A model generated the notes under the pieces. The model saw only the letters and a list, made by a program, of their open reading frames with translations. It searched no databases and was not told the DNA's origin. From positions 14,942,001-15,006,000 of the forward strand of contig OZ176051.1 in NCBI GenBank assembly GCA_964247055.1: a DNA stretch of 64,000 nucleotides, given 5' to 3'. Positions within the stretch are counted from its first letter, which is position 1. The number at the start of each line of letters is the position of its first letter. This DNA is from Paragordius varius. Taxonomy: Eukaryota; Animalia; Nematomorpha. The position numbers and the translations under genes are program-made. This document shows positions 24,701 through 36,158 of this stretch, one piece after another.

Positions 24701-25105
24701 CATTATCCAACTTTAATGCTCTTATCCATGTTACTTTTATATCGTTCAAGTTTAGCATTTCAAAATCGCAATTTATGAAGGTTAAATCAAAAAACTTATC
24801 TTAGAATCAAACATATCCTTATTATACCCAGACATTGATCCTGAACCACTGTGGTGAATTTGTTCTTCATCGTCGATCGGATAAAAATTTCGATGCGAAT
24901 ATAATTTCGCTAATTCTTCCAATTTAACTTTTAACATTTCCAATTGTCTGTCTCCCATGTTTTTGCATTTTATTTGGCTTAATTTACATTCACATGGATT
25001 GGTTATATTGAGGCACCAATCATGAAAAACTTTGTTCGGAATGACTTCCGTGTGTGCTTTAATAAACGGACAAGCGCAGAAAAAAAGTATTATAGGTAAA
25101 TGCAT
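21771..25105 (-). pseudogene. LRR receptor-like gene, second complete copy with the same disruptions
   Basis: ORF translations at 24782-25105, 23883-24758, 23306-23599 and 22480-23184 are identical to the previous copy. Confidence 0.75.
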
Positions 25106-27513
25106 TTCACGTTTTTAACGAAAAAAAATTTAATGATAAAATAGAGTTATAAACTGCTAAAAATTTCTTTATTAATCGAAAATGAAGATTGTGTAATTCA
25201 GCGAATTGTTATTTACTAGCCTTATACGCAAGTTACATATAATAACTAGTAAATATAAGATATTACAACGAAAATAAATGATTAATATCTTCGAAATTTT
25301 ATAATTAGAAATATAAATAAACAACCTACAGAGTTTACTTAATCGTTTCTAATGCATGCTACCTCTTTATAAAATAAACTTTTTTCGTGATATTTTTATT
25401 TTTTAGACGCACCTAGTTGATTGTAAAGATACAATTAGAAATTGATATTATCCTAATTAAGTAAAGTTATCTAGCCCAAAACTATTATATTTATATGATT
25501 TATTGTGTTAAATTACAATAAATTATACTAAGAAAATGTAATTACTTAAATACAAATATTTTTTTTAAAAGCTCTTTAAACCTTAATCCTTTTTAATAAA
25601 TTATATAATTTGTGAATTTTATAAATTAGCAATTTAAACGTTTTTTGCAAAAAATATTTAGCGTTATTACATTTATATATATATATATATATATATATAA
25701 ATCTTTAAATTGTATTGTTTCAGTATTGATGAAGTTAAATAAAATCAGGGCTATAAAAGGTATAAACGCCCACGTGTTGTCTGAAGGTAAAACATTTCAT
25801 AACACGTTTTTAAAAGTCTGAGTTAAGTTAAACAATAACCTTCAAATATTGTATAGACTATTAGTTATATATATTGCTCATATTAATTAAAATAAATTTA
25901 CCAAATCAGTAGATAACAATAACAAATGAAATACAAAACTCTATTAACTAAAAAATTTAAAAATAGAAAACATTTACCTTAGTTTACTAAACAACATTAT
26001 TATAAAGATGCATTTATTAACTTGAATTTGTCTAGCGTTTTAAATCTACAAGTAGATTAAAGTTTATCAATATGCTAGATTAAATGAATTTTGGATTTCT
26101 AATCTTTGATAACAAACGTAACAATAAAATTGAATACAAGTTTTTTGAAATATGATATTGTGAGTAAGTTAATTTTTCCTGAATATTTTAAAAATTAAAA
26201 CTCCAATAAATTTGCTATATTGAACAATATTATTGTGATGCCCCTACAATTTTAGATACAGTTACAAGAGTTATAATTAACCATTTCATTCTATTTAGCT
26301 AAAGCGGTTTTTTAATTTTAATAAAATTTATATCTTCTGGCGCTCTTGTATTTCGTCTCGACAGTTTTATTTAATATATCACTAATAAAATAATGGCAAC
26401 ATAAATATGGCCTATAGTAGCATTCGTTACTATGTATAATGAATCATACGATAGCCAATTCTTTTGGTTATATAGTTTAAAATGCCTTATACTATAGCTA
26501 AATTAACCATATCTACTTCATTTTCAAATACAAGTTCTTTATTGACTCAATTTTAGGTAAATGTAGATTAATAAATGTATTCATCGCTTTTTGTCAAAGT
26601 CTTTGGAGAATTAGCCTTAGTAAAATTAATAGGATAATATAAATGCCAAACATATAGATATTGAAAATATCCAAAACCATTTAAGAAAGGACAATATAAA
26701 TCAACCATTAGCTATAGATATGAGGTTAGTATTTCGATTATAATATATATTTATTTTAGACGCAAAAAGTATCTAAAAATTTTGTACTTTATTAATCGAA
26801 AATAACGATTGTGTAATTCAGCGAATTGTTATTAAATAACCTTATACGCAGGTTAGATATAATAACAAAATTTTGTAAATGAAAGAATTACAACGAAAAT
26901 AAATGATTGATTTCTTGGAGATTTTATAATTAGAAATAACAACCTATTGAGTTTACTCAATTGTTTATTATGCTGCTACCTTTTATAGAATATCTTTTTT
27001 TTGTTATACTTTTATTTTTTTCGCACCTAGTTAATTGTAAAGATACAATTAGAAATTGGTATTATCCTAATTAAGCGTATAAAGTTATCCGACCCAAAAC
27101 TATTATTGTATGATTTATTGTGTTAAATTACAATAAAATTAAAATTATACTGAGTAAATGTAATTATTTATATGTAATTATTTTTATTAAAGTACTCTTT
27201 AAACCTTAATCTTTTTTAAATTATATAATTAAAATTGTGAATTTATAAATTAGCAATTTAAACGTTTTTTGCAAAAAATATTTAGCGTATACTATTACAT
27301 TTATTATGTATATTTTAAATTGTATTGTTTACGTGTTGTCTGAAGGTAAAACATTTCATAATATTTAACACGTTTTTGAAGGTTTGAGTTATATAAAAAA
27401 ATAAAATCAAATATTGTATAGACTATTAGTTATATATATTGCTCATATTAAGTAAAATAAATTTACCATATCTGGAGAATTACAATAACATATGAAATAC
27501 AAAACTCTATTTA

Positions 27514-28090
27514 CACTTCGATTTAAATTGGGGTATCTAAATACCCCAGACTAAATTTAAATTAAAATTTTTAAAAAACACTGAAGGAAACGGTCCCAAT
27601 TAAAATTTATGCTTCTATCCGGATAAATATTATATAAATATGCCAAAATATCTTGATAAAATTTTGTTTTGAAAAAAAGTTCCACCTCAAACTACTTCGA
27701 CGCCATTTTTATTTTACAAAAATTTTGCAAAATATCGTCTTCATTTAATTTTAAGGGTAAAACTAAAGCTTATTTTTTTTATAAATTACATCTAACATTG
27801 ATAGTAATAGAAAAAGCGTTTTATTTTGTATTATTTTTTTATTTTATAATTTGACACATGTCACGTTGACTAAATTTTTACCTGTCAGTTTTAGCTCAAA
27901 AAAGGTAATATCAAGTATTTTTAAATAAAATTTTTTATATATTTCGGTTTATAAATGTTATATAAGAGCAACATTTTGCCATGGTTTCGATTGCTTCCAT
28001 ACATTTTAGACTACTTAATTTTAAACAGGCCTGGGGTATCCAACTACCCCAATTTAAATAGGACTAAAATGAGTGTGTTGTATCCAAGTG
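27514..28090. mobile_element. piggyBac-type MITE, array copy 3
   Basis: Same sequence as 4413-4989. Confidence 0.85.
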
Positions 28091-28453
28091 TTAACTAAAA
28101 AATTTAAAAATAGAAAACATTTACCTTAGTTTACTAAACAACATTATTATAAAGATGCATTTATTAACTTGAAATGTAAAAAATATAAAGATATTATGTA
28201 TACAAAATAATAATTAGTCAAGACAAAATGAATTTTGGATTACTATAACTAATCTCAAACGTAACAATAAAACTGGAATACAAGAATCAAAACTCCAATA
28301 ATTAATATTGAATAATACTCTGTGATTTAAAATACAGTTACAAGAGTTATTAACCATTTCGGGATTATGATTAGCTAAAGCGGTTTTTTCATTTTAATAG
28401 TTTCTTCAGCGCTATTGTATTTCGTCTCGACAGTTTTATTTAATATGTCACTA

Positions 28454-28692
28454 TGAATCTTGAAATACAATGATACTTTATTAAAAATTTCGTGATATTT
28501 ATACTTTTTTATTAATGATAATTTTAACATGCATGTGCGTCACAATTGTAACAATATGTCTTTTCTTCTACGAATATATATATAAGAATTCCATAATGAC
28601 TCACGAACATAAACGCCAAACGTTATTAATATAATAATATGATGTAAGATAAAAATACAATGATGCAATGTTGTAAATTCAACTACATATCA
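28454..28692 (-). mobile_element. Gypsy LTR, copy 3
   Basis: Same sequence as 5353-5591. Confidence 0.8.
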
Positions 28693-29029
28693 CTCTCTTC
28701 CTCCTCTAAAAAACGCTTAGGAGGTTTGCGGACTCGATTTGGGTAACGCCTGGGGGCCTCACTCTGCTCACCATCCGACCTCAGTTGATCGGCATGTTTC
28801 CTCATCTCTTTTCCATCTTCATCCTTTACTTCGTAGGATAACGGCCCCGTCCTTACTTTAACCGTACCCGGTCGCCATCCTCTTGATGTCTCGTTCTTTA
28901 TAAATATTGACTGACAAGGTGTAAATTCTCTTAAGGGTCTCGGTGGTGTACTTACTTTAGGGGTTTCTTTATCTTGGAACCAATTCAACGGTTTTTTGAT
29001 GTTTCTCTTCAAAAACAACGATGCGGAGG
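28683..29029 (-). mobile_element. Truncated gypsy integrase C-terminus, a diverged sibling copy
   Basis: ORF 28683-29018 (WRPGTVKVRTGPLSYEV...RKHADQL). About 12 substitutions versus copies 1/2 in 28810-29029, then unrelated sequence. Confidence 0.9.
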
Positions 29030-30479
29030 GATTTATTTTTCGAAAATTTATTTATAACATTTTAAACTTATTTTTAATACATTAATTTCGTATCCATAAC
29101 TTACTAATCAACTCTGCGGTTGTAATCAGATAACCCTTGTGTGAGTTAATGCTTTAATAAACCCATCTTTTTATTGGGTTGTCTTTTTTCCTTTAACTAA
29201 ATAAAAGTTTCATTTTGGCAAAAACAACGAATGTCCTTTTTCGACCAAAACTAACAGTTTAATCTCTATTGTATCGATTTAACATCCGTTTTATATCTAT
29301 CCTTTACTTTCTTTCTCGTTTAAAAAACCTGCCGATTTTTAAATGCTCATGTCTATGACTGGATTATTGTATCCTCTCTCATAAAATATTAATATTTCTA
29401 TCGCATAAAACACTAAAGTTTTAAAATTTATCCAACAAATTCGTTTAATATATCTATTTACATCGAAACTTTGATGTTCGCAGATTTTAGTTTAAAAAAT
29501 CTACTGACTTTCATGTAGTGATATCTAAAGATAATATTCATCTATTATAACCTAAACCCGGCGTTTCAGTTTGATAATCCACTTGTTAATGTTTGTACTT
29601 AAGCTAGTGTTAAAATCCTAACTAACCTTTGATGTGTTTTCGGAATTAAACTTATGCTTCTTTTAAAAATATAGAAAAATAGTTTGTATCTTAATATTAT
29701 CCATTATTCGGTATAATGATTCATTAAGTTAAAATAATTTTTTTCATAAAATTTAAAGATGGGTAAAATTCTATATAAAATACAACATAAAACCGAGGTT
29801 GGGTTATCTTGCCAAAAACAGTATAAACTGAAAATATTAATTTTTGACTGCAAATTTCTACAGTTTAATTATTATTATATAAAGACATGGATGCTATTGG
29901 TAATTAAATCAGAGTAAACATTCACCAATGAAAGTTATTTAAGTTTTAGCTTTTTCAATGGGATTTCAAATTTTATTATTTATCATACGATCATATTTTA
30001 TTTTTTTCGAAAATCGTTAAGGATACATAAACCGATAATTTTTTTTATAAAATAATAAAAATATAGAATTTAATTTTTTTTCTAAATCCATCCAAATGGA
30101 TTGTATGATTTATGGTATTTACTTAATAATTATTTATTAGCTGATATGGATGATAATGAAATATGACTTGGTGAAAGACGATGAAGAAAACAACATTACA
30201 TTATTTAACATTAAAGAATTTATATTGAGTAAAAAGATTATATAAAATGTTATCAATAAATATTTAAATATTATTTTTAGTGCCTTCTTTAGATTAAAAA
30301 ATTTAAACAATAGAATAATATATTAATTTTTAGTCCATTATTTTATAACGACTTGAGTTGTATTGAGAAGCTCTGTCCAAATTATAAATCAAGGTTTGAA
30401 CTTAAGTACACTATATTTGTGTAGAAGCTAATTATCTAGAGACTCTTAGCTTTCTTACCGATTACAGAGTCAATTGAGG

Positions 30480-31260
30480 GAAAGTGAGTATTATTGTTTT
30501 GAGTATCGAGCCACGTTTAGCTGCTTCTACGGGTTTCCTCGACAAGCCAAGGATAATATTCTTTTGGAGCGATTTGGTTCTGTGAGATGGAGATATTTAA
30601 TTGCCTGTATATCTGATCGTAAAGCAGAATTGGTTTGAATTAGAGATTTGGGATTTTGCCTAAAATTTTCTATAAAGAACCACATTAATATGGGTTGGGT
30701 TTTATTGATGGATTCAAATTTCCTTAATTGCCGATAACATCAACGGGTTATCGTTGCCGAATCCCAGCTGCAGTAAAATAAATGATCGAGCCTAAATATT
30801 GTGTAACTTCAGTCCGATAAAATTTGTTCGCTTATGTGTTTATTTTAGATACTCATGTCAGCAAGTAATTGTTTTATCAGAACCGTATCGTAAGCGTACC
30901 GGAGATTCGTAACAATAAGACATCCAATATTCGTTTATATGTTGCCAAAAATGACAGGTTTACGAATTAACTTTAGGTTGAGAAAAGTGCATAAAACACA
31001 TCCTTGCGTCACACCTTTGTGAGATTGGGACGGCCGTATTATGTTTGGGTAACAGCTGTTTGTTGCCATACAGCGATTGTAGCTAATGTATTATGTGAGT
31101 GAAAACTGCTTTCTACCGAAATCATCTTATCTTGGATAATAGTAAAACAATCATTGAAGGATACGTAGTTATTACTTTGTAAAGTCAGATTGTACGTTGG
31201 GAATTTATTATCAGCAATTTTGGGTTTTAATCTTAAAGACATATTTGGGCAGTTTTTGAA
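30480..31260 (-). mobile_element. Degenerate RTE-clade LINE, RT and C-terminal region
   Basis: Minus-strand translation gives KGVTQGCVLCT (GxxQG motif), TNLRYAYDTVLI (YADD motif at 30887-30898) and IILGL/LVEETRR (RTE C-terminus), with stops and frameshifts. Confidence 0.75.
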
Positions 31261-32043
31261 TATCAATCATACAAACGGAGAAAAAAATTTCATTTTTTAA
31301 AGGGATAAATTAACGATTAACATCAGTCGTTGGGTTCGATGGAACTCAAATTTTGCAGGAGTTTAGTTAACTAATTTAGCAATGGATGGAAAAAGGTCAT
31401 TGGAATTCCATTGTATCCTAAAAAATCGGAGGAAAAGAAGTGATTTAAGGAAAATAAAAATCGTTCGCTAAATTAGATAATCGAGTGGAAGCTTCAGATA
31501 TGGGCCAATATTAAATGACAAATATGGCATTAAAAAAAAGAGAAACTTCAATTTATTTTAATAATAGTTTAGTTGTTTAACACGATTTACACAAAAAATA
31601 TCCTTATATAATTTATGAATGCTAATGCATAAAAGTATGGACGTCTTCATGGTGCTTTTTTGGTTCTTACGAATCATTTAAATTAATAAATTTACTTTTG
31701 CTTTAATTGCTTGATACCATAAGAATTCGTACATCATCGCATTGATTTATTGCTCTTCGCTAACACGAACTGGGAGAAAACCGAATCAAAATGCTTGTGA
31801 ATAAAAGAACTTTTATGTTTAACTTTTGTAATTTACGAATGCATAAAGTTTTCGAAATACGCACCCGCTCAAAAATTGACCTAACATAATCGAAGATAGT
31901 TGGGCAAATGAATTTTATAAGGTCTTATGAAACCAATTTAATCAAATAGGTATCAATTGTCAACTTCCCTCTATTTTAGTTTTATCTTTTATAATTTAAT
32001 TTAAAAATATTAATAATAAGTTGAAATGGGTTAGGTTCTAATA

Positions 32044-32696
32044 TACCATTTGCACTTCAAGAGTGTCCTTGAACAATTCAAGTGGTCCTTGAACAATTCA
32101 AGTGGTCCTTGAACAATTCAAGTTGGTCCTACAATTCAAGTTGGTCCTTGAACAGTTCAAGTTGGTCCTTAAACACTTCAAGTTGGTCCTTTGACTTTTT
32201 TGTTTTGTTTCTAACTTTTATCAATCAAATCGTAAATAATTCATCTATTTTATTGTTTTTAACCTATTTTATTTATTTAACATAAATTTTTAATCGATAT
32301 CAACTTTTAATCTTTGAACCGTATATCTTTATTAATTTCTTAAAATAATTTTGAATATTTATAAGATTTTAACACGAAATGAAAATATATATAATTCTGG
32401 GTTATTAATTAAAATTTTCCATCAAAAACATATAAAAGTCATTTTGTTCAATTGAAAAAAAAAAATAGTTTGAAACAAAAAAAGTGGTTTTAAATAATTT
32501 TTTAAATAAATGCAAAAATTATGGTTAAATCAAAATTTATAAATTTTAAAGACCAACTTGAAGTTTTCAAGGACCAACTAATGTTCAAGGACCAACTTGA
32601 AGTGTTCAAGAACCAACTTGAATTGTCAAGGACCAACTTGCACTGTTCAAGGACCAACTTGAAGTGTTCAAGGACACTCTTGAAGTGCAAATGGTA
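32044..32696. mobile_element. Foldback-type non-autonomous DNA element with TA TSD; arms built of 20-21 bp tandem repeats
   Basis: TA|TACCATTTGCACTTCAAGAGTGTCCTTGAAC ... perfect inverse |TA. About 6-7 units of gtccttgaacaattcaagt(t)g per arm, in opposite orientation. Confidence 0.9.
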
Positions 32697-32809
32697 TATT
32701 CCAAATATTAAAAAAAGTATATATTGCCAAAAATTATATTGGGAAAAATATATAGCAAACGGAAAACTTATATATATGTTGAATAATAAACATAATTTTT
32801 ATGTATAAG

Positions 32810-32845
32810 CTAGCTGGCCCTGTCACGCTTCACTGTGACGTGGTC
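32810..32845 (-). mobile_element. Helitron 3' terminus (hairpin plus CTAG)
   Basis: Minus strand reads gtcac-agtgaagc-gtgac-agggccagCTAG. The same terminus occurs at 59953-59984. Confidence 0.65.
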
Positions 32846-33550
32846 ACATTGATGGTCATTCTTTTTTTCAATAAAAAGAACCAGAAATATAAATCAAACT
32901 TAACGATATTTCATCCAAAATAATCGGGCTCAAGTAACTTAACACAAAATTGTTCATAGAAAACTTTCCTTATTGTTTGACTGCCATTTAATTTATTTTT
33001 TGTTGTTTTACAAAATATTGGTCAGTTTAAGGCAGGGATGTCCAACACAAATGGCTTGAAGAGCCACCTTTTTTTAACCTATAGATGTGCTAATTTTCAT
33101 ATCAAAAAGTAAATAAACAGTATAAATATAATGATGCTTTGCTAATTAAATTATATCAATGTGTAAAAAAAGATAAAAAATACATGTATATGGTAAACTT
33201 ATTGCAATTCGATGGTATGACTAGAGTAGACTGTAACGAATTTAATCCTCAAAATGTAACCTTTTTATATTTAATAAAAATAAAAGAAAAAAACATTGTA
33301 TAATTAAATTTTTAATAGGATATTTGTTTTGTTATTTTTTTGCTTAATTTATTCAAATCTATACCAATATTTGAAGCACATCTCAATTCATTCTCGAAGT
33401 TTTCATCAGTTAATAAAGAACGTGAAAGAGATTTTGTGTATTTTATTTTAGAAAAAAAACTTTCACAAAGATAAGTAGACCCAAAAGCACAAATTAATCT
33501 TTGTGCAAAAATTCTTAAATCAGGAAATTTATCAAAGGTTAATATTTTTG

Positions 33551-33734
33551 AATATAAATTATTTTCGACACGTGAATAGTATAAAAATATGGAAATTTAT
33601 TTAAAACGTATCATAGAATAAATAAATTTATATATTTTTTTACGCTGAGGACGGACACACGTTAAAAATGTCCGAAACCGTTCGCGGATTTTATTTATTC
33701 ATGATACGTTTTAAATAAATTTCCATATTTTTAT
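33551..33734 (+). mobile_element. 184-bp insertion with 13-bp TSD, 45-bp inverted arms and a hammerhead-ribozyme-like core (Penelope/retrozyme-like)
   Basis: gttaatatttttg is duplicated at 33538-33550 and 33735-33747. Arms at 33581-33626 and 33690-33734. Core CTGAGGA-c-GGACA...TGTCC-GAAA at 33645-33677. Confidence 0.7.
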
Positions 33735-35197
33735 GTTAATATTTTTGTAAAATTCAATTTTATTTGTTTGCCCAAATAATTTTAATTCAATATTTTCCAA
33801 ATCCAGTAATTCCATTTGTAATAATAGGAGCGTTGATAGATTCAACGTAGAATGGACAACAAAATAAATCAAATATTTTTTCATATTTTGTCATATCCCC
33901 GTATCGATTATTAAAAGCTTTTAATAATATGTTAATTTGATTTGCATATTTTGAAAAATCGTTAGTTTTACCAGCTTTAAATCTATTCAATTTCGGAAAA
34001 TGTTCAGCACTACTTTTATAAATGGCATTCAAATAACGTCAATTTTTTACAAAACGCTTTAATATGGTTACTGGCATCAACAATTAAATTATCTTGCTTT
34101 TGCAAGGATTCATTTAATTGATTTAGTTTTTCGGTAATATCTACGGGAAAGCATAAATCTGACAACTAATCTTCATTGGTTAATTCCTCTACGCAATAAT
34201 TATTCTGCAATAGAAAAATATTTATTTCTTTAATAAATAATAAACCTTTTTAGACATTTCCCTCGAGTAAGCCACCTTACATTTGAAAAAATATAAGATC
34301 TCCAGATTCTGAATGAATTTCTTTTATGAGATTTTATAAAATTAACTACTTTAATAACAACGGTCATAACATTGTCCATTGTAGGAGCATGTGAGCAGAG
34401 ATTTTCACGGTGAATCATGCAATGTATTATATATATATGGTCAATATTAATATCATCGGATTCCATCTTATTTAACAATAATTTTATGGTTCCTTTGTTT
34501 TTTTCCCATCATAGCTAAGGCACCATCTGTTGTCAAACAATATAGCGCCATCATATTTAATTTATTTTCCTCAATACATTTTAAAATTGCATGAAACATA
34601 TCATCTCCCTTGTATTTTTCATCGGAGCCTAACATATCTTCTGTTATATTAAAAAATTCATCTATCCCTCGAATAAAGACTACCATTGTGATATGTTTAA
34701 AAACGCCACAAAATTTTGAATTCTTTCTTTTAGGGAAAGTTGAATTTCTTCTGCGATGTCTGTAATTCGTCGACACATAGCATTGCGCGAAAGACGTATA
34801 CTGGATATTAATTCAACTTTATTAGGCAAAACACATTTTATTCTAGTACGAATTCATTTACAAACTCACCATCAGAATAAGGCTTCATTTTTTTGGCGAG
34901 TTAATTGGCAACAATATAACTTGCCTTTACTATCGGGTAAGGTTGCGTAAATGAAATTGTTGGTTGGAGATTATTAATATTTTTAAAGATTCTAATTTTA
35001 TTATTTCATTTCTGTAGCCATATTAATAAAATTCAAATGCATGGTATTGGCATGTCTTTTTAAAATATATTCGCGAACGTTTGTCGTAAATTTGCAAATA
35101 AGGCACTCCGCTTTGTTAAAAATTTGAGTAAACCCATATTTTAATTCCCAGACGGGATATTTTATAGTGACTTTTTTAGTTTTATGCATATTGAAAT

Positions 35198-35590
35198 ATA
35201 AATAAATTATTTTAAATACCTATTTTATGCAAGTAATTTAATGTTTCAATGGACCTTAATTATAATTCCCAGTATTGATATGAAAGCTAAATAAATTATT
35301 TTACATACCTATTTTTTGCTAGTATTTCAATGTTTCAATGGACCAAAAATATAATTCCCAGTATTGGTATGAAAGCTATATAAATTATTTAAATACCTAT
35401 TTTTTGCAACTAATTTTTCAATGGACCTTAATTATACCCAATATTAATATGAAAGCTAAATAAATTATTTTAAATACCTATTTTTTGCAAATATTTCAAT
35501 GTTTCAAACCCAAATTATAATTCCCAGTATTGGTATGAAAGCTAAATAAATTATTTTAAATACCTATTTTTTGGTAATTTAATGTTTTAA
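35198..35590. repeat. About 4.5 tandem copies of an 80-90 bp unit just upstream of the hAT transposase start
   Basis: Recurrent taaataaattattttaaatacctatttt...ttcccagtattg.tatgaaagc at about 35198, 35288, 35378, 35458 and 35545. Confidence 0.9.
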
Positions 35591-36158
35591 CACTTCGATT
35601 CAAATTGGGGTATCTAAATACCCAGACTAAATTTAAATTAATATTTTTAAAAAACTACTGAAGGAAACGGTCCCAATTTAAATTTATGCTTCTATCCTAA
35701 TAAAAATTATATAAATATACCAAAATATTTAAAAAAAAATTTTGGTTTGAAAAAAAGTTCCATGTTAAACTACTTCGACGCCATTTTTATCTTAAAAATT
35801 TTTTGCAAAATATCGTCTTCATTTAATTTTAAGGGTAAAATTAAAGTTAATTTTTTATTTAAATTACATCTAACAATGATAGAAATAAAAAAAGCGGTTT
35901 TTGTGTTATTTTTAAATTTTACAATTTGACACAACGTTGACGAAATTTTTACCTTTCGGTTTTAGCTTAAAATAAGTAATAACAAGTATTTTTGAATTTT
36001 TTTATATATTTCGGTTTATAAATGTTAAATTAGTGCAAAATTTTGCCATGGTTCTGATTCCTTCCATGCTATTTAAAGTATTGATTTTAAACAGGCCTGA
36101 GGTATCCGACTACTCCAATTGAATCGAAGAACTAAAATGAGTGTGTTGTATCCAAGCG
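35591..36158. mobile_element. piggyBac-type MITE, independent diverged insertion nested in the hAT element
   Basis: Perfect TTAA on both sides (35587-35590, 36159-36162). Collinear and clearly homologous with 4413-4989. Confidence 0.9.

Larger units (their letters stand above)
1..29029. repeat. Near-identical tandem segmental array, period about 11.5 kb (about 2.5 units visible, left end outside window)
   Basis: Identical ORFs recur at offsets +11512 (215>11727) and +23091 (215>23306). Sequence at 1, 11513 and 23092 is the same. Homology ends at about 29029. Confidence 0.98.

Noticed and set aside
1-29029. Pure assembly duplication as the explanation of the array
   Set aside because: Units carry distinct indels and a SNP, and the end has a biologically coherent breakpoint. 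Not fully excluded without raw reads.
29100-29400. Possible Tc1-like HTH remnants (IKRMLNRY...GRKRT on the minus strand; also ASILGIPKTTI at about 47360-47430)
   Set aside because: Short, stop-ridden, with no DDE domain or TIRs. Similarity is too weak to call.
32065-32690. 20-21 bp palindromic direct repeats resembling a CRISPR array
   Set aside because: Units are contiguous with no unique spacers, occur as two inverted arms bounded by a TA TSD, and there are no cas genes in this eukaryotic context.
32082-32808. ORFs with SSWSLN / KDQLEVF repeats
   Set aside because: They are translations of the foldback tandem repeats.
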